A stretch of 64,000 nucleotides of DNA from positions 23,932,001-23,996,000 of the forward strand of contig NC_086121.1 of the NCBI RefSeq assembly GCF_963921235.1, read 5' to 3'. The notes beneath the pieces were generated by a model that was given only the letters and a program-made list of their open reading frames with translations, was not told where the DNA came from and did no database searches. This document shows positions 37,397 through 48,188 of the stretch, in pieces. The stretch's first letter is position 1. Each line of letters opens with the position of its first letter. The stretch is from Mobula hypostoma (taxonomy: Eukaryota). A program made the position numbers and the translations under genes.

Positions 37397-38399
37397 GTGA
37401 ATATGGAAATTCTGTCTTGTTCTCTATAGTGTCCCCCACCTGCTCTGTTTGTGTTGCTTCATTTCAGTTATTTGGTCCTCTTACTTGCACTGTTGTTCTC
37501 TGGATTGTCTCTCATGAGAGCTAGAGTCGTGCAACTCAGAACTGAACCATTTGTATCCGTGTTGACCATCAAGCAGCTGTTTTCACTAATCTTACACTAA
37601 TCCCATTTTATTCTCCCCACATTCCCCCAGATTGTACTATGTGCCTACACAAAAGGAATAAGGTTTGGTGGTCCATTAACCTACTGAACTGCGCAGCTTT
37701 GGAATGTGGGAGGAAACTGGAAATACTTAGAGGAAATCCACAGAGTCACAGAATGACGGTGCAAATTCCAGATAGGCACCGGAGGGCAAGATTGAACCCG
37801 GAACACTGGAGCTGTGAAGCAGCAGCTCTTATCTGTCCTGTAATTGTGCTGCCCAGAATTGCTCAATGAGTTTGTTTCGGAGTATCTGAATGGATCACAC
37901 ATTCGGCTCTATAACTGGCTTTGCTTATCGAAAAGAATTGAAGTCAAAGTATTAGGACATCGAATTCAGTATTTGGTACTATCTAAAAGTATGCCTAGTT
38001 CAAACAAAAATCGCTGCATCAGCTGCACTGTGGCTCCTTTTCTTTATACATCTGAGGGTAGTGATTTTGTTTAAATCAAGTTCTGCTTGAGCACTGGAGG
38101 TAATATCATAGAGTGCAGGATGTTTAGGAGCTCAGCGAGATGTGCCGTTCTGTTTCTGCAGTGAAGATAGTGGTTGAGAAAATAGGTTTAAAGATGAGGT
38201 TTGTGATATTTTACGTGTTTAATGATGAAAATACACAGTGGCTATGTAATATGGAAGTGACGTGGATATGGCATTACCATCTTCATTTTTCTCATGGAAT
38301 ATGAGGAAATGAAAAGATATTTTGTATTTTCTGTTTTCGTGAATAATTCATTAACATCAAGATGTAAACTTTTAACCAACAAGGAAGAGAATTGCCTTG

Positions 38400-38760
38400 C
38401 CTTGGTGGCAGCGCACTAGCATCTTAATCAGGATGTCCAGGCCCTTCTCTAGAGACCTGAGCACACAACCTAGGTTGAAACCTCAGTGCAGTTCTGAAGG
38501 AATTTTGGAGGCTGTGGCTTTTACATAGGTGCTAAATGAAGCTCAAGGTTTTGTCCACAAGTGGAAATGTCCAATGGCACTATTGATGGTAACCCAGGTA
38601 ATACTTATCCCTAAATAAACAATGCTAAAATAGATTCCCTTTGTTGTTTGCAGAAATTCGCTATATCCTTATTTGATACTTATTTTGTTGCATGGTACTA
38701 ACTTGACTTTAAAATATTTTGATACATCACAACTGTGTGAAAGACACAATGTAAATGCAA
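38400..38760 (+). mobile_element. Ancient DeuSINE-like element
   Basis: tRNA-like head plus a decayed GAGACCTGAGCACA...CAGTGCAGTTCTGAAGG core and an AATGTAAATGCAAG tail. Recognised by recall of the consensus only. Confidence 0.45.
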
Positions 38761-39050
38761 GCTTTTTCTTTTATGTTCATGATGGGCACAAGAAATGTCA
38801 TTGTGGGTCACAAATGCTCAATTGAATGAGTGGCATTCAATTAAACAGGTCAGCTGTGTTAAAATTGATAGTGGCAGAGCATTCTCCGCAATTCTTTAAA
38901 AGCTGCAGGAAGTTACCATGCTAATCAATATTGAGTAAAGTGCCTAATTGTATGGCTATGCTAATGATGGCTCATTCCACGTTTCTATATAATGCAGTAT
39001 CTGAACAGCTAAACAATCGCTTCAGTTTCGTTTGCCTTTTCTCTCCATAG

Positions 39051-39177
39051 ATAAGTTTACAAGAGTGCTTCGAGAGCAGCAGTTGGAACGCGCCCGCCGT
39101 GAACAGGAGAGAATCCGACTTCTGAATGCTGATCCCTTTGATCTGGAGGCACAGGCTAAAATTGAGGAAGACATCAG
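39051..39177 (+). CDS. DDI2: DDI2 exon 4 (HDD)
   Basis: [43 protein letters not shown]. Confidence 0.95.
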
Positions 39178-39551
39178 GTACATTGGTGCTTGAGCTCTTG
39201 AGTTTTCCTGCTTAACACTCTCACTAATCCATTGTATGGAGAACTTCAAGACAATTTGGCCGTGGTAACGTGTACTTATACTGCAAGATTCTATTAAGTT
39301 TGGTCAGAACTCCTAAGGTGGTATTGAAGCTACTTAGTAGTATTCATAAAATGTTATTATTGTTGAAAGTAACATAGATGTGAAGATCAGCCTGATTTAT
39401 CAGCATAGCGTTCTATTAAGTCATTGATCTCTGATGACCTCTGCTATAGTGAATACTATGAGATGATTGGCTGGATGTCGCCTGTAGCTCTAGTATTAGG
39501 TATACCACTCCATCGGTTTGTTGTCATTGTAAAGCTATCTTTGTATTGCAG

Positions 39552-39679
39552 GCAGCAGAACATTGAGGAGAACATGACAATTGCAATGGAAGAATCGCCA
39601 GAGAGCTTTGGTCAGGTGGTAATGCTCTACATCAATTGTAAGGTTAATGGGAATCCAGTTAAGGCATTTGTAGATTCAG
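39552..39679 (+). CDS. DDI2: DDI2 exon 5 (retroviral-like aspartic protease, catalytic Asp)
   Basis: [42 protein letters not shown]; the DSG motif is split by the intron. Confidence 0.95.
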
Positions 39680-40378
39680 GTGAGTTCACATCTAATTAGG
39701 TTACTTATAAGAGTTTGAGGTAGTTTGTTGCAATGAGTGTAATACAGTAAAACTCTGTTAATCTAGTACGCTTGGGACTTTGGTGGTGCTGGAGCAGTGG
39801 ATTTCCTGGACTTTTGAATGTTATTTTATTAGTGCTCCACCAAAGTTCAAGTTCAAAGTACATTTATTATCGAAGTATGTATACATTATACAACCTTGAG
39901 ATTTGTCTCCTTACGGGCAGCCACAAAACAAAGTAAAACCCAAAAGAACCCATAAAAAAAGAAGACAGTCAAACACCCGGTGTGCGGAGAGAAAACACAG
40001 TTTTAAGTCACTTTATTTTTAGATTTTACATAATGGAATAATGAACTCAGACACAAACTTCAATCATGATTGGGAAACAAATGAACATGAGGATTGGGGC
40101 CAGGGGGTGTCAAAGTCTGGGAACTGTGGCCACAGTGAGTGATGGGTAGTGTGGGAACCAGGGCCTTGTGAGTTGAAAGGAGATGGGAAACACCCGTTAA
40201 CCATGCTGTGTTAACAGGAGAGCAGGAGCCAGCATCCAGTGAGCCAATGCCAAGTGATCCAGATTTCAAAATAATATATTAACAGATTGTTAATGTTTTG
40301 CTGCAATCATAAAATTCTTAGTGGAACATGGTATATGGGGCGGGGGGGGGGGCATGCAAAGCAAGTACCTAAGGTTAT

Positions 40379-40920
40379 GAAAAACAAAAAAACATCCAGT
40401 GAGTGGCAGTTCTGTGGCGAAAACACCTTGATAATGAGCGAAGCCAGGGGATGGCCAGACTGGTACAAGCTGACAGGAAGAGAGGTCTGGAAGTGGATCG
40501 CTGCAGCAGGAGAAGACCACAAATATAAAGTGGCCATTGAGTGTATATCTGTGGTCTTCTCCTGCTGTAGCGATCCGTTTCCAGATTTACCTTCTTGTCA
40601 GCTTGTACCAGTCTGGCCATTCCCTGGCTTCTCTCATTATCAAGGTGTTTTTGCCCACAGAGCTGCCACCCACTGGATGTTTTTTGTTTCTTGCACCATT
40701 CTCTGTAAACTCTCGTGACTGTTGTGCGTGAAAGTCACAGAAAATCAGCAGTTTCTGAGCTACTCAAACCACCCTGTCTGGCACCAGCAACCATTCCACA
40801 GTCAGAGTAACTTAGATTGCATTTCTTACCTATTCTGATGTTTGGTCTGAACGATTGAACCTCTTGACCTCATCTGCATGCTTTTATGCATTGAGCAGGT
40901 GTACATAATGAAGTGAGCAT
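40379..40920. mobile_element. Tc1/mariner relic forming an inverted pair
   Basis: Transposase fragment KKTSSEWQFCG / MARLVQADKK on both strands. TIR end AAAGTGGCCATTGAGTGTATA lies in the loop. Confidence 0.7.
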
Positions 40921-41273
40921 AAAATTGAATAATCAAAGTTGTATGAAAGCTTTGCATCTGACATCATGGTAAATGAAGTCAGCAGCTTGGTTCAAAGTTG
41001 CTCTTTTTTTACTGTCATCCACTTGTAGTTATTTTCTAAGCTGAGCATTGAATGTGTATTTGATTTTTTGTCTATATTATTAATATAAACATGAATACAT
41101 AATCACACTTTATTGTTACATATCACAGCTGTACTTTGCATAAATCTTGTAGGTGAAGTTATTTTCACCTTCACTTATCTCAGGGCAAGGCACTGAAATG
41201 ATTGAAATAGTTGTAATCTGATATCAGAACGTGAGCCAGGTGTGTTGTTAAATGTATTTCATCACTGGTACAG

Positions 41274-41402
41274 GAGCACAGATGACGATCATGAGCCAGG
41301 CATGTGCGGAGAGATGCAACATCATGCGCTTGGCTGACAGGCGGTGGGCAGGGATCGCTAAAGGTGTTGGAACACAAAAAATTATTGGCAGGGTCCACTT
41401 AG
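41274..41402 (+). CDS. DDI2: DDI2 exon 6 (RVP)
   Basis: [43 protein letters not shown]. Confidence 0.95.
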
Positions 41403-42375
41403 GTGAGTAGTTATGTGATAACTGTCATTCATTCTGAAGTTGTGATCAGAAATACATTATATATCACTTTCTATAACTAAAAAAGCATACAACGATACAG
41501 GCCTGAAGTAGGCGAATGGAATTAGCATTGAAGGACATGCTGGTTAGCTTGGACGGTGTGCCAAAAAGGTCCATTCTCCCCAGTGCAATTCTGTATTCCA
41601 TGATAACAATTGTTTTATGAAGAAAATAAAGGATGTAGCGGGTGTCTTTGTACATCATTCCACAGAACTGGGGGTGATGGGTGCAGTGTTATTATGGCAG
41701 TGTTTTCTACTTCACTTTCATTTGATTTGAAGATGCTGAGAAGTGGAAGGTTTGACCAACATAGAACAGAACCCCAGTAATTCTGCACCCTTGGGACTTG
41801 GGTGGAGTTGGGCTGTCAGATTTTCTGGACTATTGGGTATCTAGTCAAGCGGAATCTAGTCACGTGCACAAGTACTGTGATGTACAGATGCAGTGAAAAG
41901 CCTTGCAGCAGCATCACAGTCACGTAGATTCAGATAAAACGTAGAATATACATTGTACAAGAGAGTGAAGAGAAGAAAGAAGACTCTGCAAAGGGTGGTC
42001 CATGGTGTTCTGTTGCTGTGGTAGGATTAGGGTTGTGCAGGTTGGTTCAAGACCTGATGGTAGTTGTTCCTGAACCTGGTGATGTTGGACTCCAAGCTCT
42101 GTACCTCCTGTTGGACGGTGGCAGTGAGAAGAGCTCAGGGCTTGGGGAGTAGGGATCTTTGATGATAGATGCCACGTTCTTGAGGCAGTGCTTCCTGTAG
42201 ATGCTGTCGTTGGTAGGGAGGGGTATATCCATGATGGAGCTGACTTGGTCTACGACGTTCTTTGGCTCCTTGTGTTCCTGTGCATTGAAATTGCTGTACC
42301 AGGCCATGACACAACTCTTAACACAATTTTAATTCAATCATTTGAAATGTTACATTGTAGTAAATTTTCAGTTTA

Positions 42376-42568
42376 ACCCAGTAAGTTTCAAGGGAGCGAG
42401 GGGAACTAGGCCCTATGTGTTTAAATGGAGTACAGGTAACAGGACCCCAATTATTTTAAAGGGGCACAGGAAAAAACCCTTGTGAGTTTAAAAGGAGTGT
42501 GGGGGAGAGAGGACCCCAATTAAAGAGTGCACAGGAAATGTGGCTTCAGAATACAGGGAATGTGACCT
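42376..42568 (+). repeat. Degenerate about 35-bp minisatellite (5-6 units)
   Basis: Recurrent GTTTAAAGGGAG...CAGG...GACCC units, resembling those at 20474-20602. Confidence 0.55.
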
Positions 42569-43032
42569 GGTGCTGAACAACAAGATAGCAGATTATCAGA
42601 TTTTTACTGTACTGCCTGCTGTTTGAGATCTATGGTGATCTTATGATCCATTTGATTGGTGAAGGTTTTTACTTTTCATTGCTGCACCAAATAATGAAAG
42701 AAGGTGATAGAACTCTGCCTAAAAGAAAGGGGGAAAGTTAGTTAAGAAAAGGGCACCATTCTTATGTTATTTTTGACCCATGGCACTGAGTGTATACAGT
42801 TTTGTGGCTGATGTTAGTGATACAGCAGAGCACCTCCAGTTACAGGAACTTCTACAGAAAAGAGAGGGCTCTGTAGGAAAGGATTTCATACCATTTACCT
42901 CGAGGGTGCTGGTGGCAGGGTGATAGTACAATGGGAATAGAGGTGGTCATTGGGAAGTGTTAGGATGTTCAGCACTTGCTTATGGTTAGCTTTCAATCGA
43001 ACTGTCTTTAATCGAAGTACTGTATTGTTCAG

Positions 43033-43136
43033 CCCAGATTCAGATTGAAGGTGACTTTCTCCCTTGCTCCTTCTCCCTCCTGGAAGATCAGCCAATGGAT
43101 ATGTTGCTTGGACTCGACATGCTCAAAAGGCATCAG
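43033..43136 (+). CDS. DDI2: DDI2 exon 7 (RVP)
   Basis: [35 protein letters not shown]. Confidence 0.95.
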
Positions 43137-43349
43137 GTAAGAGGCAAGTAACATTTCCAAATCAGAGAGCAGGTTGCCTGTGAGAGGAGGTTTTATGAGG
43201 GGTGGGGGTGGGAATAGTACCGTTCATAATTGGGAGCTGTAATTCCATGAACTGTCATTATTTTTATTGTTCTGGGCCATTTGCCTAATTCTACAACTGG
43301 AACTTGTATGTGCATAGTACCTCTGACATTGCAAGGCTCTTATTTGATT

Positions 43350-43970
43350 TTGAAGACACGCAGTCCTCTTTTATCGTCATTTAGTAATGCATGCATTAAG
43401 AAATGATACAATATTTCCTCTAGTGTGATATCACAAAACACAGGATAGGCCAAGACTGAAAAAACTAACAAAACCACATAATTATAACATATAGTTACAA
43501 ACAGTGCAACAGTACCATAACTTATTGAAGAACAGTCCATGAGCACAGTAAAAAGTTCAAAGTTTCTCAAATGTCCCACATCTCACGCAGACGGGAGAAG
43601 GAAGAAAATCTCTCCCTGCCATGCCCGACGACAGTCCGACTCTGAGTCGTCCGAAAACTTCGAGCCTCCGATCAGCTCTCCGACAGCGAGTACAGAGCAC
43701 CATCTCTATCTGAGCGATTCGACCTCAATCTCGGTCGCCAACAGCGGACAAAGCCGGGGATTTTGAGGCCTTCCCTCCGGAAGATTCACGATCGCGCAGT
43801 AACGACAGTAGCGAACAAGCGTTTCAGAAATTTCTCCAGATGTTCCTCTGTGCTTTCACATCTGTCTCCATCAAATCAGAATTGTCCACGGCCCCTATTT
43901 AACGGATACAATATCATTTTTCACCGGAGGGCTGCGCACACGCGGCGCGCTGCACTCTCTCCTCCCGCCG
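43350..43970 (-). mobile_element. Unclassified CpG-rich interspersed insertion
   Basis: Abrupt CpG-rich block in an AT-rich intron, with a GC-rich head at about 43970 and an AT-rich LINE-like tail at about 43350-43500. Confidence 0.4.
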
Positions 43971-44163
43971 TCTTTAGGAGCCTTTATTGAATATATTTTA
44001 CTTAAATTCAATGGTTCTAATTGTCCGTGCTGATTTTAAACTCTTATGTAATAAGACAACATTTTCAATGTAAGCTACTCCTGAAGATCTTCCTTAGTAT
44101 TTGAAATAACCAGTTTAATTTCCATTCTTTTAAATGTTGTTCTTTATCCCCTTCCTCTTGCAG

Positions 44164-44353
44164 TGTTCAATTGATCTGAAGCGCAATGTACTGGTTATAG
44201 GCACCACAGGCACAGAGACACGCTTCTTATCTGAAGCAGAGCTGCCAGACTGTGCCAGGTTGGCATACGGTATGCCACGAGATGATCTCCGCCCTGAGGA
44301 ATTAGCAGATCAAGAGCTGGCTGAAGCACTACACAGATCAGCAGAGGAATCTG
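44164..44353 (+). CDS. DDI2: DDI2 exon 8 (RVP end and UIM)
   Basis: [36 protein letters not shown]...[19 protein letters not shown]. Phase-1 donor G|GTAAAT. Confidence 0.95.
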
Positions 44354-45217
44354 GTAAATTTTCAAAAGAACTCTTAGAATCGATAACAATTTGTAGGCTT
44401 CTTGTCTCCTGATGCAGCCACCCCAATGCATATATAGGAAATTTCCTGTAGAGGCTTTATATGATAGATTGGGTGATGCTCTGGTCTCTTATGATTCTCA
44501 ATAAGCAAGAAGGTAAGCAAAAGTTATTAGTTTCTGCTTAAAGCATATCATACACAGAATTTGTGGAATATCTATAGTATGTTGCTCTGTGTTTACAAAG
44601 ACAGCTTGCATTTGCTTGGGTGCATCTCATTGCTTGTGATACCCATAAAAAGTAGCAGATTTTTGTCTGAGACTAGCCAATTTAGTATTTGGAGATTAGA
44701 ACAGAGTTCAGTCCTGCTCTTGCTTCAATCTATGTGTGTGACAGGACTGGAGCTACTGGACAGTGATCAAAGACGGGAATCCTGGCTCATTTCTCCTCCA
44801 ACACCAAATTTAAGTCACCTCGGACTTCTTAACAATTCTGTTCTAAGTGATTCAGTGCTCAGTTTCAGGAAGAGCCTTAAACCATTTATAGTTAAAACCA
44901 CTTAAATTTACATTCTCTGTTACAATTTTAAGTTTAAAGAGAAATATCACGTCAATAATATCACTTATAATTAACAAGACACCAGTTTCTGTAGTCCACT
45001 CTTTCTATGATCAGTCCAACCTCCTTGCCAACTCCATAAGCTGAGACTACTAATGGCTATTGTTACAGTGCATACTAATGCCAAGTTATGTTTGTATGGA
45101 ATCTTAATCTGTTCGGTGTATGTAGTGACCTGTAATTCTGTGTGCATGCTGCATGCTTCAGTTGACTAATCGAGTTTGCCGTTGTGGTTTGGTTTTGTGT
45201 TTGTTTTATCCTAACAG

Positions 45218-45234
45218 GACGCCGGCCTCACTGA
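45218..45234 (+). CDS. DDI2: DDI2 exon 9 coding part (GRRPH*); the exon extends to a donor after 45278
   Basis: U-rich tract plus CTAACAG acceptor. A short basic tail and TGA give a 411-aa protein. Donor CAG|GTATTT. Confidence 0.75.
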
Positions 45235-46147
45235 TGCATGTTGCACTTTTGCTGCCCTTGAAGATGATCACAGTCCAGGTATTTAACGCTCTGTTACTTT
45301 TAAGTAACTTAAGAATGTGGCACGATACCTAAATATTCATATAAGGGATCTTGCAGTCAGTTAGTCATTCAGTTCCAAGAATGTGTTTTCTTATCGTGCT
45401 CTTTCTGAACTGAAGATGAATAACACACTGCACTAAAAGGGAACTACTGTCTGAGTCATGCTTTCCATTTCAGTGGAAGACAAAATACTGAGGTGAGCTG
45501 CTCAGAAATCTTAACTATCCTACAAATTTAGAGCGGTCAGCCTTCTCATCAAATGGGGTTTTGTTTTCTGGAAAAAAAAGTAGGACAGTCATTGCTGAAA
45601 ACTTAATACTATAATGTGCAGTTGGACCGAAAGTAAGAATTTTTTTTTCAAATCCTGTGCCTTTTTTTTGGTAATTTGATAAGGAAATATTACTGCAGCT
45701 CACCTCAGATATTTGTACTTTCTAGAGGAACTCATTGTTTCCAAAATAATTTTGTAATTTTGGGTCCATTATTTTTTGCTCCGTAGTTTATCCCAGATAA
45801 GGTTTAGAGTCTTTGTTACTGCTGTTTTTTTTTACTTTCCCTCAGCTGTAGGCCTTGCTATCTAAGTAGGAAAAATTCTCAATAATTTCTGCTGTAGTGG
45901 AGGCTAATGTAAACTTAGCCAGCCGGTACTGTTTTCTTGTTGGTATAGAATCAGGGGTATGTTGTTTGAAATTACTTTGTCTGTAGCTTGGATTGAATTT
46001 AGCTCAGAGACAGGCCAAACTATAAAGAAATTACATTTCTTATTGTGTCTTTTATATTTTTTGGATATTCCGAAGTATTTTATGGCCAGAAGTACTTTTG
46101 AAGTACGGTCATTATTACAGTGTATGGAATGAAGCAATCAATGTGCA

Positions 46148-46336
46148 GGAAGACGAGGAAATCTGCAGATGCTGGAAATCTAAGCAACACACACAAAATG
46201 CTGGAGGAAGATAGCAAGCCAGGCAGCCTCTTTAGAAAAGAATAAGCACTTGACATTTGGGCTGAGACCCTTCATTAGGACTCTCGGCTAAGATGCTGCC
46301 TGGCCTGCTGAGTTCCTCCAGCATTTTGTATGTGTT
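46148..46336. mobile_element. Foldback PLE-derived element
   Basis: Inverted pLTR halves flanked by GCAATCAAT(G/A)TGCA (46134-46147 and 46337-46350). A similar foldback lies at about 46890-47100. Confidence 0.65.
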
Positions 46337-48188
46337 GCAATCAATATGCACTCTCTTATTAAACACAGCGTAATAACCAGATAGTTACGTGGAATAAAAA
46401 ATTTAAGTCTGGAAATGGCAGTTAAATCTCTTGCAGATTTTTAAGTACCATCATGTTTTTTTTCAGTGTTACTCACCTGAAAGAATTTAACATGGAGTCT
46501 AGGACTCCTTTACTACTGCATTTGTAGGGTCAGTTTACATTTTTGTGCTCAGATCTCTGCAGTGGGACAGAGGTGAGATCATCCTAGCAAATGGCACAAT
46601 TGATGCTCTTGACAAATACAACCCTTTTGATTGGCAGATCTGCATTTTGCAGGTTGAAGCACATACCATCTTTGTGTAGCTGTGTTGTGCTGTCAAGAGC
46701 AATGTTTCCACATGTAAACTAAACCCGTAATTCACCTCTATTAGGAAAAAAATGGTTGTTTGAAGAAAGAAAGCTCCTGCCCATGGAAGATATTGAAGGA
46801 ATGCTGGAAGATCCCAGCAAAGAAAGGTGAATGGCGGCCTTTCACAATGACCAAAGAATGTCCCAAGGTATTTTATGTAAATGATGATGACAACACACAC
46901 AAAATGCTGGAGGAACTCAGGGGGCCAGGCAGCATCTATAGAAAAAAGTATAATCGACATTTTGGGATGAGACCCTTCATCAGGTTTTGGCCCAAAACGT
47001 CGATTATACTCTTTTACTAGATGCTGCCTGGCCTGAAGAGTTCCTCCTGCATTTTGTGTGTGTTGTTTGGATTTTCAGCATCTGCAGATTTTCTCTTGTT
47101 TGTGACCGTCATACCATATTGGTTAGGAAGAAATATTATGCTAGACACCATGAAGAAATTCTGTTCCTTTTTAAACAATTCATGGATTATTTGATGTCCG
47201 TTTGCAGAAGCAGACTGTGCCTCTGTTTAATGCCTCGTTTTCAGATAGCGTGCGTCAGTCCCTCATTGGACTACCAGCTGGAGTCACAAGAGTACTGCCA
47301 TTTATTCGGGGCATGGAATTCAGCCTCGCTAGCCCCATCAGATACTAGCTCAACGATCCCACCTGTTGACTCTTTATAGCTGACTCTATCACTAGATAAG
47401 AAAACTACGTAGTAGCAGAGGTCTATAATTTGTACTTCATAACCGTGACCTTGCACCCTCTTTTCCTACTGCTTTTGTTTACTTCCCTGTTTCCTTTCTT
47501 CCATTCTATATCCTGTGCATTACTGTAAGCTCACTTAACTTTTTAAGCTTTTAAGTGTCTGGTTGCTATGATTTTACATTGTTCTTCCTGTGACAGTGGG
47601 ATTTGAGCTTTTTTCTTCACCTCATCACTTCCAGCATCAGCTGTCGCAAGCAGCTTCAGGAAGCTTTGAAACTCAGCTTCCTGATAATATATCTGCATAT
47701 ATTCCAGTGAACGTTTTGATTTTTTTTTTAGCCTTTCTATGTCTTATTCACAAACTAGTCTGAATTCTCCTTAACTTTGCAGACTTCTTAGAAGCAAAGA
47801 AGAGAAGGGAGTCATTTGTTCCGCTTTTGGGGTAGAGTTGCTTGCCAGCTTCAAGTGGCTGTGACTTGAATTCGTAAATGCTTTTGAACTTCCCTGTTAC
47901 ATTCTCCTGATCAATGAGGAGAGTAGGTTGTCATTATTTTTAAGTTATGAGCTTGTCAGTGATTAAAATTGAGCTATTATATGAAAGGATTATACTGGGT
48001 TTATCTAAAGGAATCAAAATGTGATCCATTAAATTGATCATTAGTATTGGCAAACCATCACCAGTTATACATTGTAGAGAAACCAGGAAATAATATTGGA
48101 AATGTTGAGAAATTTGTCTGTAAACTGTTTTGAAATGTGGTGTATACATAGTTGTAATTCTGGATTCCATTTTCTGTTTTTGTTTTAG

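Noticed and set aside
47245-47348. Possible alternative DDI2 terminal exon (TTTTCAG acceptor, DSVRQSLIG...PIRY*)
   Set aside because: It is in phase with exon 8, but it is short, has no recognisable homology and could occur by chance. It needs RNA evidence.
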